From: Trichinella spiralis
Lineage: Eukaryota
Length of the DNA stretch: 64,000 nucleotides
Direction of reading: 5' to 3'
Assembly: GCF_000181795.1 (NCBI RefSeq)
Contig: NW_003526941.1
Location: 1,831,542 to 1,895,541, forward strand
Shown: piece after piece, positions 1-12,728 of the stretch
Numbering within the stretch: the first letter of the stretch is position 1
How the letters are laid out: every line of letters starts with the position of its first letter
The notes under the pieces: generated by a model
What the model was told of the DNA's origin: nothing
The model's database searches: none
What the model saw: the letters and a program-made list of their open reading frames with translations, nothing else
Position numbers and translations under genes: made by a program

Positions 1-802
1 TTACTAAATGAAAATTAGTTTGTTCTACCAAGGGCAATATTATATACATTCACAACCTTTTAAAATTTCACCCCACGGCCATATAATTTATTCTTATTTA
101 GTGTATCACGAGTTTTCTTGGTTAGTTATTTCGTTCGTCGCCGTAACGGAACGTCCTGAATTACAATTTCACTCTTGAATATTATATATAATGAAGAGGT
201 ATGTTATTCGATAATGCATTTTGATGTTGCATGACTACCATTGCATGACTTAACAAATACACGAAATACCAACTAATTGGTTTTACCCCTCTAATTATAC
301 TAACATGAAAATGTTCTTAGCCATATATTACTTTTGCTATTATAGATGGTGCAGACAAGTGCGTATTTAGCTCTGGACCGTAGCAACAGACTACATAAAA
401 TATTTTCGTTTCAGAATTCACATGACTTGAATACTGCATACACGTGTGATCGATATCAACAAGTACAAATTCTAATTAATGTTAGATTAGATATTTTATA
501 TGAAAATGTATCAATACAGGCATTACTGCAACATCGTTTTTTGATAACTTCAAAAGAGAGCAGATCACCATTTCCACATACTTAAAATCAAGTGAACATA
601 GAAAGCATGTAAGCAATACAATATTATTTTTATAAACAATACTGTGTATTATATCCTTTTAATAAATACGATCAGGTAAAAGTGAAATAGCCATATTATA
701 AAATGTAATTGAAGACGAATGACCGTTGCATCTGATTTAAATATTCAAGCAATGTGTTTTAATTCTTAAATTTGAATTTCTTTTTCCGCTGATTGAAAAC
801 GG
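1..802. repeat. Direct repeat, copy 1 (near-identical to 3017-3817), ending at an N gap
   Basis: Sequence recurs at +3016. Identical spurious 79-aa ORFs at 346 and 3362. Small indels occur only next to the gap. Confidence 0.95.
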
Positions 803-1384
803 NNNNNNNNNNCCAGGGAAGTGCAATGCATTATTGATTTCTTTCCTCATATGTTGAACAGTATTGTAATCTTATTAATTGTTAAATACTTTCCAATTTT
901 TCGCAATTAATTCTTTAATGAGATATTTGGCAAAATTGCATGATAGGAGCGGTATCATATACAGAAGGAAAATAATGCAATATTACATGAAACTGCAATT
1001 CATTTATTCATTTTAATTAATTTTCATATCTATATTGTCTGCAATCAATGAAATTGCGCAATTAAAAATTTTTTTTTAATTTGTAGCTTTTCTGTATTAC
1101 AAAAATGAATTTCAGGTTACAAAATGTATTACGTTCACGAAACATTGCTTGGAGGATATAAAGTCGTCATTTTTGTATAAATATTCTTAGAATGTAATTA
1201 TATTCCATATTATCAAGAGCGCGTATTTATTTTCTTATTCCCTGGCTCCCACTAAAGTCACATCATCACTCAACTTTTTTTGCAATATCTCAGCAAATAC
1301 GCATTTATACAACGTGCGACCAGGTTCGTAGTGATTAATTTATTTTTTCTGATCTATTGAAATCATTTTCTCAACAACTTAAAA

Positions 1385-1442
1385 TTTTCGACTTTTCAAA
1401 AAAGCAAGGCTATAGCCTTGCTGTTTTTGCGATTTTCGAAAG
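1385..1442. repeat. Imperfect hairpin with a perfect 20-bp palindromic core, AGCAAGGCTATAGCCTTGCT (1403-1422)
   Basis: Seen directly. Flanks TTCGA..CAAAAA / TTTTTG..TCGAA extend the stem imperfectly. Confidence 0.85.
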
Positions 1443-3016
1443 TAGGCTTTTGATACAAATTTCGGTTTTTTTGTTATATATGGCTAAAGTATGAAAAATT
1501 AGAAGGTTCTGGAAAGTTTTACGGCAAATAAAACCGTACATGTCGAATAAATGGCATCTAAAGGTGTCATGTCCCTATCTTAATACGTAGAAAAGTGTTT
1601 TATCAGTAACTTTCTTTAATAGAAAGCTTTTTCTTTGAAGCAACAAATTCACCACATGAAACATTCTTTATATTTTGATGGCTTATTTTTTCGAATGTTT
1701 TTCGCCTGCAACATTTTTTGTTGTTTATTCATTCCAGGTTTACTACGTTTTCATATCATTTTATTTTGCTGTAAATTGTTTCAGTATTGAAATGTAAATA
1801 ATAACTGATGTTATTTACAAATGGAATACAAACTCAGTGTAACATTTCATGTTGCAATTCATCTGGTTGTGATAGTAGCAAATTGCGATTTGAACATATT
1901 ATTTTAACATTTATAATAATATTTAGTAATGCATTTCTCTGTGTGTGTGAAAGTTAGCACAGTCTACCAAAGGCAATGTAACATTACTCTATTACCTTGA
2001 GGTTGAACGTGGCCCACATTACCAAATGTCATCGTTATGGTCATAACGTTTATTATGAGAAAGAATATTAGTCAAGTAAAGATCTCGAGTCTGCTGCTCC
2101 GTATCGCCTATGAATGGAATGTTATATATATCATCATTCATTTTATCAGTGTGAAGAACTTTCTTCATGAAGCCCGTTCATTTCAACTCTTCAATGTCAA
2201 GCATAATTAAAAGTAAGTTGCTTTCTAATAATTGTACTCACGTTGTTTGTATGCAACACCTCAAAGAATTTCTTATCCACGAAGTGATGCATTTCGTTCG
2301 TCTTGCTGAATCTTCGATGATAGCTCAGAATGTAATACAATATGAATATTTACCAAATTTCTTTCTAATACTTATCTGTTTTTTCTGCAAATTACAATAC
2401 ATGCCATTTCTACTGCACCTTAATGAATAATATGTAGGCAACGACGGTGGGAACAGTTATGGACATCATTTGTTTGCTCTCCGATTGATCATTGTTATGT
2501 TTGGAGAAAGATTTCTCTAAACATGTAGAATTTCTGTATATCTCTGTAGCCACTACTGTATTCAGTATAGGATATAGTTTTTACTTCAGTATGTAGTATT
2601 CGCAAAAACTACATGCATCTGTGTAATATTTTTCAATTCCTTGAAATGTCGCCAGTACTAGTATTCTCCAACAATCTGATCCAATCGTTATTATTAGGGT
2701 AATAAAGTGATAAACGTGTTCATTCGAAATTAAGTTACAACAGACACATTAAGTCGTAGCAGTGTTGGAAACTTTCCTTTACTTGCTTTCCCTTAAAGAT
2801 ACTTCTTATCAGTCAGTTTTTTATATGGCAGTATAAAGTATTACGCATTGTATTTGATTTTTTAAATTTCTTTTGTTTAGCAGCTTCTGAAAGCAATTAG
2901 GTTATGTTACCCTCAAATTGCATTTTGCATACAATTATATGAATGTAAGCAAATTATCCTTCATCATAGCAGTAAAACTAATAAACATTTTGAAATAGGT
3001 TTATGCTATAGGGTTA

Positions 3017-3817
3017 TTACTAAATGAAAATTAGTTTGTTCTACCAAGGGCAATATTATATACATTCACAACCTTTTAAAATTTCACCCCACGGCCATAT
3101 AATTTATTCTTATTTAGTGTATCACGAGTTTTCTTGGTTAGTTATTTCGTTCGTCGCCGTAACGGAACGTCCTGAATTACAATTTCACTCTTGAATATTA
3201 TATATAATGAAGAGGTATGTTATTCGATAATGCATTTTGATGTTGCATGACTACCATTGCATGACTTAACAAATACACGAAATACCAACTAATTGGTTTT
3301 ACCCCTCTAATTATACTAACATGAAAATGTTCTTAGCCATATATTACTTTTGCTATTATAGATGGTGCAGACAAGTGCGTATTTAGCTCTGGACCGTAGC
3401 AACAGACTACATAAAATATTTTCGTTTCAGAATTCACATGACTTGAATACTGCATACACGTGTGATCGATATCAACAAGTACAAATTCTAATTAATGTTA
3501 GATTAGATATTTTATATGAAAATGTATCAATACAGGCATTACTGCAACATCGTTTTTTGATAACTTCAAAAGAGAGCAGATCACCATTTCCACATACTTA
3601 AAATCAAGTGAACATAGAAAGCATGTAAGCAATACAATATTATTTTTATAAACAATACTGTGTATTATATCCTTTTAATAAATACGATCAGGTAAAAGTG
3701 AAATAGCCATATTATAAAATGTAATTGAAGACGAATGACAGTGCATCTGATTTAAATATTCAAGCAATGTGTTTTAAATTCTTAAATTTGAATTTCTTTT
3801 CCGTGATTGAAAACGGT
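3017..3817. repeat. Direct repeat, copy 2 of 1-802
   Basis: Near-identical sequence. Confidence 0.95.
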
Positions 3818-4635
3818 CGCGTAATTTTGACGGATGATAGAAGACGACATGTAAGTAAAAAATTTGTTTCGCTTCACTCGTATTGAAATTTACATTAATA
3901 TAGAACTTTCAAAAAAAGAAAACAACAAAGCATTCCCCACTGAAAATGCAAAGAGGTATATTTTCGATTAACTGAGTTTCTTTTTCAAATACTATTAACC
4001 TACGCTTGTTATTTAATTCTTATTCCATAGTTAATTTTCCAGTGTTGAAGTATTGGAAACGGTTGAAGGTTTGAAATACTGGAAAGAATAAAGACAACAC
4101 GCAGGTATGAAAAGAAAGTCCACTCGATCTAAAACTTGGAAATTGTAGGCAAAACATTCAAGGAAGGGCTATAACACAGTAATTCCACCTCTGAAGATAA
4201 ATAACAGTACGTATACTTCATTAACTGGATGCTGCTTAACACTTCACAGTTTCAATTCATCACCTTTACTTAGCTGGTGTCTAAGTATTCGACATGTTTG
4301 ACTATTTTGGACTGGGAACAAAGACAACATGCATGGAACACACGTATGCGCACTAATATTCTGAAATTTGGATTAAAACAGAAGATGAGTAATTATCGTC
4401 ATGTACACTGAAGGTTAATTTGGGTATGGATATTTAATTTTAACTGAGTTTATAACTTTATTTTAGAAATCCTCGAATAGCAGCATCTTTATTTACCCCA
4501 TCGCTGAATTATTTTCCTACACACATGATTTTACAAGTAAGTTAATGCACTTACAGATAGTACGTGTAAATATAAATTTCAATCAGATGCACTGTCATTC
4601 GTCTTCAATTAACATTTATACTATGGCTATTTCAC
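3698..4635. mobile_element. Candidate non-autonomous (MITE-like) element bounded by ~55-bp imperfect inverted repeats
   Basis: 3698-3752 GTGAAATAGCCAT...GACAGTGCATCTGATT is the reverse complement of 4581-4635 AATCAGATGCACTGTC...ATGGCTATTTCAC. No ORF inside and no clear target-site duplication. Confidence 0.45.
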
Positions 4636-5039
4636 ACCCATAATAAGACAATATTATCTGATATCAGTGACAATTATAAATAGAGAAAATTCATTTACCT
4701 CAAATGTATGAATTTCTAGCAAAGCGAAGAAACTGTGGATCGTGTTTCCTTGTACCTGACACTTCTTGCATTTAGTGCTCCAACTGGTGAAAATGCTCCT
4801 CTGCGAACATATAGTTTGGGAGAAAATCAACCTGAAAAAATTGCTTCCAAATGAACAGAACCATCCAGAACAGACAGAACAACTACATTTTATGCATGAC
4901 GATCATGTTTACCCTCATATAGGTAAATGACAGCAAGTAACTAAATTTAATTCCGCTAATTTTACAGGCATGCTAACGACAATATAAAATATGCAAGATA
5001 AACAAGATAGCGGGAATGGTCAGTAAAGAAGAACAAGTC

Positions 5040-5990
5040 TTCGACTGTCATAAAAATTAAGTAATATTAAGTACTATTTAAATCTACTCATCCATCGTTC
5101 AAGCAAAACTGTTTATAGACTACAACATCCACTCCTGAAAGAGGAGCATGAGGCTGCAACGGAAAAACAAGAGATTTTTCATGAATGGTGATAATGTTTC
5201 CTTTCATAAATAGGTACGTAGTCAGTTGGAAAACAGCTAAATTTGATTCCGCTCATTTTATAGACGTGTTCACAGACAGTATCGCCATTGCACTGCAAGG
5301 AGAAACAATGGGAATGCACAAAGTGCGAATTGTCTCCCTGTCACCAAAAGTAAGTAATATTTAACCTAATTATTTAAGGTATTCAAATTTATATTACTGT
5401 TTTTCAGGCGGTGTCTAAACAAGATGGCATCGTGAAGGTCCCTGAAGAAACTGACTGCAATGAACATCTGTAAACAAGAAGACATCGTCCGTGTCAAGAC
5501 GCGGTAAGTTTTAAGTATTACTAATGTGAACGACACTTCAGATCACAATCACATCCAGAAGACTAGAAATAGAGGTGGAAGAAAGAAGAAAGCTGGCGAG
5601 CAGATGTCTCTTCTTTCTTCCACCTCTAAGGAAAAGATTTTGATATGGTGAGAAAAGAAGGAAAAGGCAGATATGGACAGGAAGGTAAGTACCAATCTGA
5701 CCGTACCAATCCACTGCAAGAAGAAACAAAATTACCCTGTCACCAAAAGTAAGTAATATTTACGCTAATTATTTAAGCTAATTATTTCTGTTTTTCAGGC
5801 ATGGCATCTTGGAGGTCCCTGAAGAAACTGACTGCAATGGAATAACATCTGTAAACAAGACATCGTTCCTGTCGAGGTAAGTTCTAAGTACTTTTGTGAA
5901 CGTCACGTTTCAGATCACAGTCTCGAGATCGAGAAGAGTAGGAAGGAAGAACTTCAAGAAAGAGACATCTGCTCACCAGGTAAGGAAAAA
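5040..5990 (+). repeat. Degenerate tandem duplication (~300-400-bp units) carrying splice-site-like motifs
   Basis: CCCTGTCACCAAAAGTAAGTAATATT at 5336 and 5735, with a diverged copy near 5044. GGTCCCTGAAGAAACTGACTGCAATG occurs in both main units. Confidence 0.8.
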
Positions 5991-6228
5991 TTTGACAGGG
6001 TAAGGAATTGGAAATGAAGGAAAAGGAAGATTTGGAAGAGAAGGTAACTGGAATTCTGGAAGTGCCCACATCAGGCCAAGCCTTTGGAAGAGGAGGAGAG
6101 AAGTATAGGTTGAGAGGAGAGGAGTACAGGTTGGGAGAAGACAGAAGAGGCAGGATAGCTAAGCGGAAAGTAGCATCAGAGGGATACGCTTTACTTAAAC
6201 AATGCCTCAAGCTATATTTCAAGATTTG

Positions 6229-6975
6229 GATTTGCCCCCAGGCTAAGCCCTAGGCTATGCTTCAGGCAAAATATTTGCCTTCAGGCTACGCTTCGGGCTA
6301 CGCCTCCGGCAAATTATTCGTAATTTGTGAAAATTTTCGAGATTTTCAAAAAGATTGCCGCGGGCTACGCCCCAGGCTACGCTTCAGGCAAAATTTAAAA
6401 AATATTTACCCTCAGGCTATGCCCTAGGCTATTTTTGAAAAAACATTTCCCTTCAGGCTATGCTTCAGGCAAAATATTTGCCCTCGGGCTATGCTTCGGG
6501 CTACGCCTCCGGCAAATTATTCGTAATTTGAGAAAATTTTCGAGATTTTCAAAAAGATAGCCGCGGGCTACGCCCCGGGCTACGCTTCCAGTCAAATTTA
6601 AAAAATATTTACCCTCAGGCTATGCCCCAGGCTATTTTTAAAAAACATTTTGCCTTCCAGCTATGCTTNNNNNNNNNNTTTGTGGAAATTTCGAGAATTT
6701 TCAAAAAAAAGCGCGGGTACGCCCCGGGGTACGCTTTAGGGAAAATTAAAAAAAATTTACCCCCAGGCTATGCCCCCGGCTATTTTTTAAAAAACATTTT
6801 GCCTTCAGGCTATGCTTTAGGCAAATTTTAAAAATATTTGCCCTCAGGCTATGCTTCGGGCTATGCCTCCGGCAAAATTTCCGTAAATTCCAGATTTTTT
6901 CAAGATTTTCAAAAAGATAGCCCAAGGCTACGCCTTAAGTTACACTTCAGGCTACGCCCTTAGGCTCCCCTGAGG
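6229..6975. repeat. Satellite with ~203-bp higher-order unit built from ~12-bp CRGGCTAYGCYY subrepeats (N gap inside)
   Basis: AAATTATTCGTAATTTG..TTTTCGAGATTTTCAAAAAGAT at 6311 and 6514, plus dozens of GGCTAYGC motifs. Confidence 0.9.
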
Positions 6976-7061
6976 CTGACTCAGATCAGGCCCTCCAGCA
7001 ATTGAATTCGCATCTAGAAAATGGCTTCTCCCTACTCAGCTGTTCCCAAGTCCTCTCCTCT

Positions 7062-7520
7062 CCACCTATACTCTCCCTCTCCACCTATACTCTCCCTCTC
7101 CACCTATACTCTCCCTCTCCACCTATACTCTCCCTCTCCACCTATACTCTCCCTCTCCACCTATACTCTCCCTCTCCACCTATACTCTCCCTCTCCACCT
7201 ATACTCTCCCTCTCCACCTATACTCTCCCTCTCCACCTATACTCTCCCTCTCCACCTATACTCTCCCTCTCCACCTATACTCTCCCTCTCCACCTATACT
7301 CTCCCTCTCCACCTATACTCTCCCTCTCCACCTATACTCTCTTCCCCTCTCCACCTATACTCTCTTCCCCTCTCCACCTATACTCTCTTCCCCTCTCCAC
7401 CTATACTCTCTTCCCCTCTCCTCTCCTCTGTCCTCTCCACCTATACTCTCTTCCCCTCTCCTCTCCTCTGTCCTCTCCACCTATACTCTCTTCCCCTCTC
7501 CTCTCCACCTATACTCTCCT
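7062..7520. repeat. 19-bp minisatellite (CCACCTATACTCTCCCTCT), 14 perfect copies, then ~23-bp variants
   Basis: Perfect array at 7062-7327, degenerating to ~7520. It explains the repetitive ORFs at 7002 and 7021. Confidence 0.97.
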
Positions 7521-8814
7521 CCCCATCTTATCCTATCCTATCCTCCCGGAACTCCGCTTATGCTTATACTCTCTTCTTTTCCCTCCATTTGGAATCATTC
7601 GAATGATTCATAAAATGGAGTCACTTAAAAAATTACTTACCTGAGTTTAAAAATATTTAGTGCTTCTCAATAAATCATTTCCATCAAGCATATCAGGAAG
7701 TAAAAAATTTCAGTTGTAAAAAAACTTACCTGATGATCTCTCTTGAATTCAACGTGTTACAAACAGCTTCTTGATTCAGTCCTAAACTGTTTCGATTACT
7801 TTTCACCAATTCTAAAACAATTTATCTAAAAATTAATTCAAAAAAGAAAAAAAATACTTACCTGAAATTGAAATCTCGATATTCTTATAAGAATAAAACC
7901 TACAAAACAAAAAATGAGAAATTAAAGCAAATAGTCGCCTAACAGCATTTTTCACATTTGACAAATAGCGAGTGGGATGGCGAATTCTTTGAGAATTCAA
8001 GGATCTGAGTAACATTATAAAAATAATGTTTGTTATGAAACAACTAGATAAAACGAATAACAGTGCATTTGATTCTTTTCTTTTTTACTTACCTCCGTTC
8101 GATTTCAGCGGTGTAGGTGATGCTAATTTCTCTTAAATCATAAAATTTACGTATCAATTGCACGTATTAGTATCCATTAGTTTCAATTTGCAAAGTCATG
8201 CAAATAGCATGCATTGAATATCAGCCATATAATTTTAAAAAAAAACTTATCTTTTCACTATTGATGATGGTGGAGTTAACCACGCGCTGCCGTGACCATC
8301 GACTGAGTGAATTCCAGTGCATGAATGAAGGACATTCTAGAAAAAAAGTTATACGACTAGCAAACTACTTCGCCTCTAGTAAAACAACCTAATTTTCATT
8401 TAGTAATATAGCCCCCCTGCTGGAGGCCTAAGTACAGTAAAATCGTTTTATTAAATCACAGAATTTATTACGTTTTTATTTGCAAGTTTGCATACAATTC
8501 AAAATTATATTACTACACGGACTTAATAGATTAGCAATTTAACAAACTGAAATATTTGGACAAATAAAAAAAAATGATTTGATGATCGACAATCGGTAAA
8601 ATAGAAAATTTATCCATTTATAATTTCAAAATCTCCAATTTAACATATTGAAAAAAAATAAGTTTTCTTTAAATTAATTGGAAAGAAAAGTAATTCATTG
8701 CTTACTGGAATTTTTTAATTGATGAAAACAGTCGAAAAACACCTGGAAATATCTGAAAATAGAATTGCATAAAAAAGAATTTCATGTATAAATTTTCTGG
8801 AGCACAAAATTTAC
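7503..8814. repeat. Direct repeat, copy 1 (~1.3 kb), ending at an N gap
   Basis: Recurs at 8825-10110. Identical 64-aa ORFs at 8198 and 9505. Confidence 0.95.
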
Positions 8815-8824
8815 NNNNNNNNNN

Positions 8825-10110
8825 TCTCCAACCTATACTCTCCTCCCCATCTTATCCTATCCTATCCTCCCGGAACTCCGCTTATGCTTATACTCTCTTC
8901 TTTTCCCTCCATTTGGAATCATTCGAATGATTCATAAAATGGAGTCACTTAAAAAATTACTTACCTGAGTTTAAAAATATTTAGTGCTTCTCAATAAATC
9001 ATTTCCATCAAGCATATCAGGAAGTAAAAAATTTCAGTTGTAAAAAAACTTACCTGATGATCTCTCTTGAATTCAACGTGTTACAAACAGCTTCTTGATT
9101 CAGTCCTAAACTGTTTCGGTTACTTTTCACCAATTCTAAAACAATTCATCTAAAAATTAATTCAAAAAAGAAAAAAAATACTTACCTGAAATTGAAATCT
9201 CGATATTCTTATAAGAATAAATGAGAAATTAAAGCAAAAACTCGTCTAACAGCATTTTTCACATTTGACAAATAGCGAGTGGGATAGCGAATTCTTTGAG
9301 AATTCAAGGATCTGAGTAACATTATAAAAATAATGTTTGTTATGAAACAACTAGATAAAACGAATAACAGTGCATTTGATTCTTTTCTTTTTTACTTACC
9401 TCCGTTCGATTTCAGCGGTGTAGGTGATGCTAATTTCTCTTAAATCATAAAATTTACGTATCAATTGCACGTATTAGTATCCATTAGTTTCAATTTGCAA
9501 AGTCATGCAAATAGCATGCATTGAATATCAGCCATATAATTTTAAAAAAAAACTTATCTTTTCACTATTGATGATGGTGGAGTTAACCACGCGCTGCCGT
9601 GACCATCGACTGAGTGAATTCCAGTGCATGAATGAAGGACATTCTAGAAAAAAAGTTATACGACTAGCAAACTACTTCGCCTCTAGTAAAACAACCTAAT
9701 TTTCATTTAGTAATATAGCCCCCCTGCTGGAGGCCTAAGTACAGTAAAATCGTTTTATTAAATCACAGAATTTATTACGTTTTTATTTGCAAGTTTGCAT
9801 ACAATTCAAAATTATATTACTACACGGACTTAATAGATTAGCAATTTAACAAACTGAAATATTTGGACAAATAAAAAAATGATTTGATGATCGACAATCG
9901 GTAAAATAGAAATTATCATTTATATTCAAAACATCTCAAATTTAACATATTGAAAATAATAGTTTCTTTAAATAATTGGAAAGAAAAGTAATTCATTGCT
10001 TACTGTAATTTTTAATTGATGAAAACAAGTCGAAAACACCTGAAAATATCTGAAAATAGATTGCATAAAAAAGAATTCATGTAAAAAATTTCTGAGCAAC
10101 AAAATTTACT
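8825..10110. repeat. Direct repeat, copy 2 of 7503-8814
   Basis: Near-identical, with several substitutions and an ~18-bp indel. Confidence 0.95.
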
Positions 10111-11502
10111 TTCATAAAGATTATATACACCATCATGAATGAAGTAGATCACTTAGTGCAGAGAGGGAAAAGCGCTGGTCACCTACTGCTGCTTCAGTAA
10201 CTCAACAGATTACTAATTAAATTTCAACGGTCGATTCAGTAAGATTTCAGAGATGCATTATGCAAATATAACTTGCTACCGGCTAAATAGCCCAATTTCT
10301 TATTGAAATGGTGGTTTTGCAAATTTGCATAGATTATTACTGGTATAAATTTATTCATACATGAAATTTAAACAATACAACATTGCAAATTATTCCAACC
10401 ATATCAAATTACCTTGCATTAATTGTCAATACGTTGCGAATCCATATGAAATTCAACAAGATATAATATATAAATAAATAAATATATATATATATATATA
10501 TATATACATGTGCCATAGTATTGGTTTTTAATTATTATACCTGGAAATTAATATGTAAAAAATACTGCTACTAATACGACAGAAATGAAGTTATCAAGAA
10601 GAAAAATTCTGAAATGAAAAAAAATCTTTTTTAGTACTACACATTAAATGTATATAGAATTTAAAATTAGAAATAGTGGAAATTAACTTTTTACCTGTTT
10701 CTTATATTAAAAGATCAAAGTGATTGTCAGTCGATGAACAATTTCAGCTCTTTCTAATAATTGTTGCATTTGAAATCAGTTCAGTTTCTATATATTTTCG
10801 TCAAAATTGTTCCAGAGAAATTTCAGTTTTCGAATTCAAGCCAATAGTAGCTTGTGATTCGGAAATGAATCAAAATAGCATTTGACTTCACTTCAAAGCG
10901 TGTCATAAACACGACTTCAGTCTAAAATATCAATAGAAATAAAGGTATGTACAGAACGCATGATGAGAAGCATATTTCAAGAATACAATTTTCACCTATC
11001 TGATAGCAATTTCGCCGTTGAAAATTCACATTCGTTGTTCTTCTATACAAAATTCACTGAAACAATTGATAATGGCAAAATTATATCAAACTAAACTGAA
11101 AGTTCATCACTCTCAGTATTTCATTCCCTTAAATGAATTACAACTACATTCAAAATAAATCAAATGCTCTATTCGATATTTAATGAAAAATTTATCAAAC
11201 CTTCGCCAACTATAAAAATATTTATTCAAAATTTAATTCAACCCCATACACGTGCAAAAAAATCTTCAACTTTTAATAACAAAGTTTTATTAAAATCAAA
11301 TGTTAGACATTTTTTCCACACGATGTCACTGATCTGAGAAAAAAACTATTACTTATTTTTTCTAAATCTGAAAACTAAAAAATAATTTGATTCTCAGCAA
11401 CGAAAACGCGCAAATGATTAATTCCACTGCATAATAATAATTATCAATAAATTTTCAGTGCATCATTCGTAAAGTAGAATTCAGTATCTGTTTATTCAGT
11501 CC

Positions 11503-12134
11503 TCACTGTTGCTGAGGAATCTCATTCTTCTTGAGCAACAACATTCTGTCTAGGACTTCCAGAATTTTCGGATCCACCACAAGAGCATACAATTGCAATA
11601 GAATGTTCAAGAAAATAATGAACCCAAATAAATGCATAAAGGTGTTTACAATCTTGTCACTTGTGCCATTCCACTCGTGAACTGGAATACCTGCTTCAAT
11701 CTAAAAAAGTCGCGACTTAATGTTCTTCACTTCGGGATAAATTAAATTTTAAAAGTACTTTACAGAACTGAAATAAATTTTGTTAAGCAACAAGGAAAAT
11801 TCGAATGCGCCCCTTCACTTGCATTAACAATGAAATAAATAAGAAATCAAAAGTCCATCCACCACTGGTTCAAACCATAGTCAAGAAAAAAGAAAACCAA
11901 ATATACTGCACTTACGGCTTTGTTCCATCGTTCCACATCTTTTCGAAGCTGTTCATTGTACAAACCAAGATCACCCATAACCATTCTGCCAACGCGCGTT
12001 CCTTTCGGCAAGTCGCAATCCTTGAATTGTTTCAACATTTCCACTTCTGAAGGCGTTAAAGCTACCGAGCTGCTAAAATGCCTCGAAAAATTGCGTAAAG
12101 TACTCGCTCTGCAAAAGAATCTCTGTAGCAACAT
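11503..12134 (-). CDS. Two-exon mitochondrial single-TM protein, COX7A-like (cytochrome c oxidase subunit VIIa family)
   Basis: Presequence-like MLLQRFFCRASTLRNFSRHFSS. A GT-AG intron (~11701-11915) joins ...ERWNKA to IEAGIPVHEWNGTSDKIVNTFMHLFGFIIFLNILLQLY, resembling the COX7A GIPVHLKGG..D motif followed by a TM helix. Confidence 0.55.
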
Positions 12135-12728
12135 GACTGGCCAAACTGTTAGATATGAAAACTGCACGACCATTCACTGCATTTGCCTGTCTTACTGTAA
12201 TACACATTGAAATTCAGGTATAATTCAGCTTACTGTAATAAAATATTTGTTGTTTTTACTTGTTTTAAAACACTGAATACCTATGAATACTTCATGAAAA
12301 ATCTGATTTTTTTAATAACATTCCAATGATTAACAATGGAATTACATTTGCCCCGCTGTGAATTAGATTTATCGCTCCCCTTTCAGACAATTACTATGTA
12401 TCATGTCACTTAATTTTGCTCAGACATTCATGATTTGAATACTAACTGAATAAGTTAAGTGCAGCTATACTGCGCACAATCAACAGTCCTCTTTTCATTG
12501 GCAGAAAATTTTTTCAATTTATTACAATTTTTTTCGATTTCTTCATATTTAAAAATGTAAATTATAATAAATAATATTCAAACATATGCTTCCCAATAAA
12601 TTTTCCTCTCAAAATCATCTACATATTGAAATTCAAATTCTGAAATGAATTGCCACATTCGCATTACTGGAAAAGCAAAATGTCAGTTCGAAGTGCTGGA
12701 AATGAATTCTATTGATAAAGTTAATGTT

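Noticed and set aside
346..3601. Duplicated 79-aa ORF suggesting a gene pair
   Set aside because: No recognisable protein. Copy 1 abuts an N gap, so the duplication may be an assembly artefact.
6229..7520. CRISPR-like array
   Set aside because: Eukaryotic context, tandem units without unique spacers, no cas genes
7002..7644. 203-aa and 207-aa Pro/Ser/Leu-rich ORFs
   Set aside because: Translation of a stop-free 19-bp minisatellite; open in multiple frames
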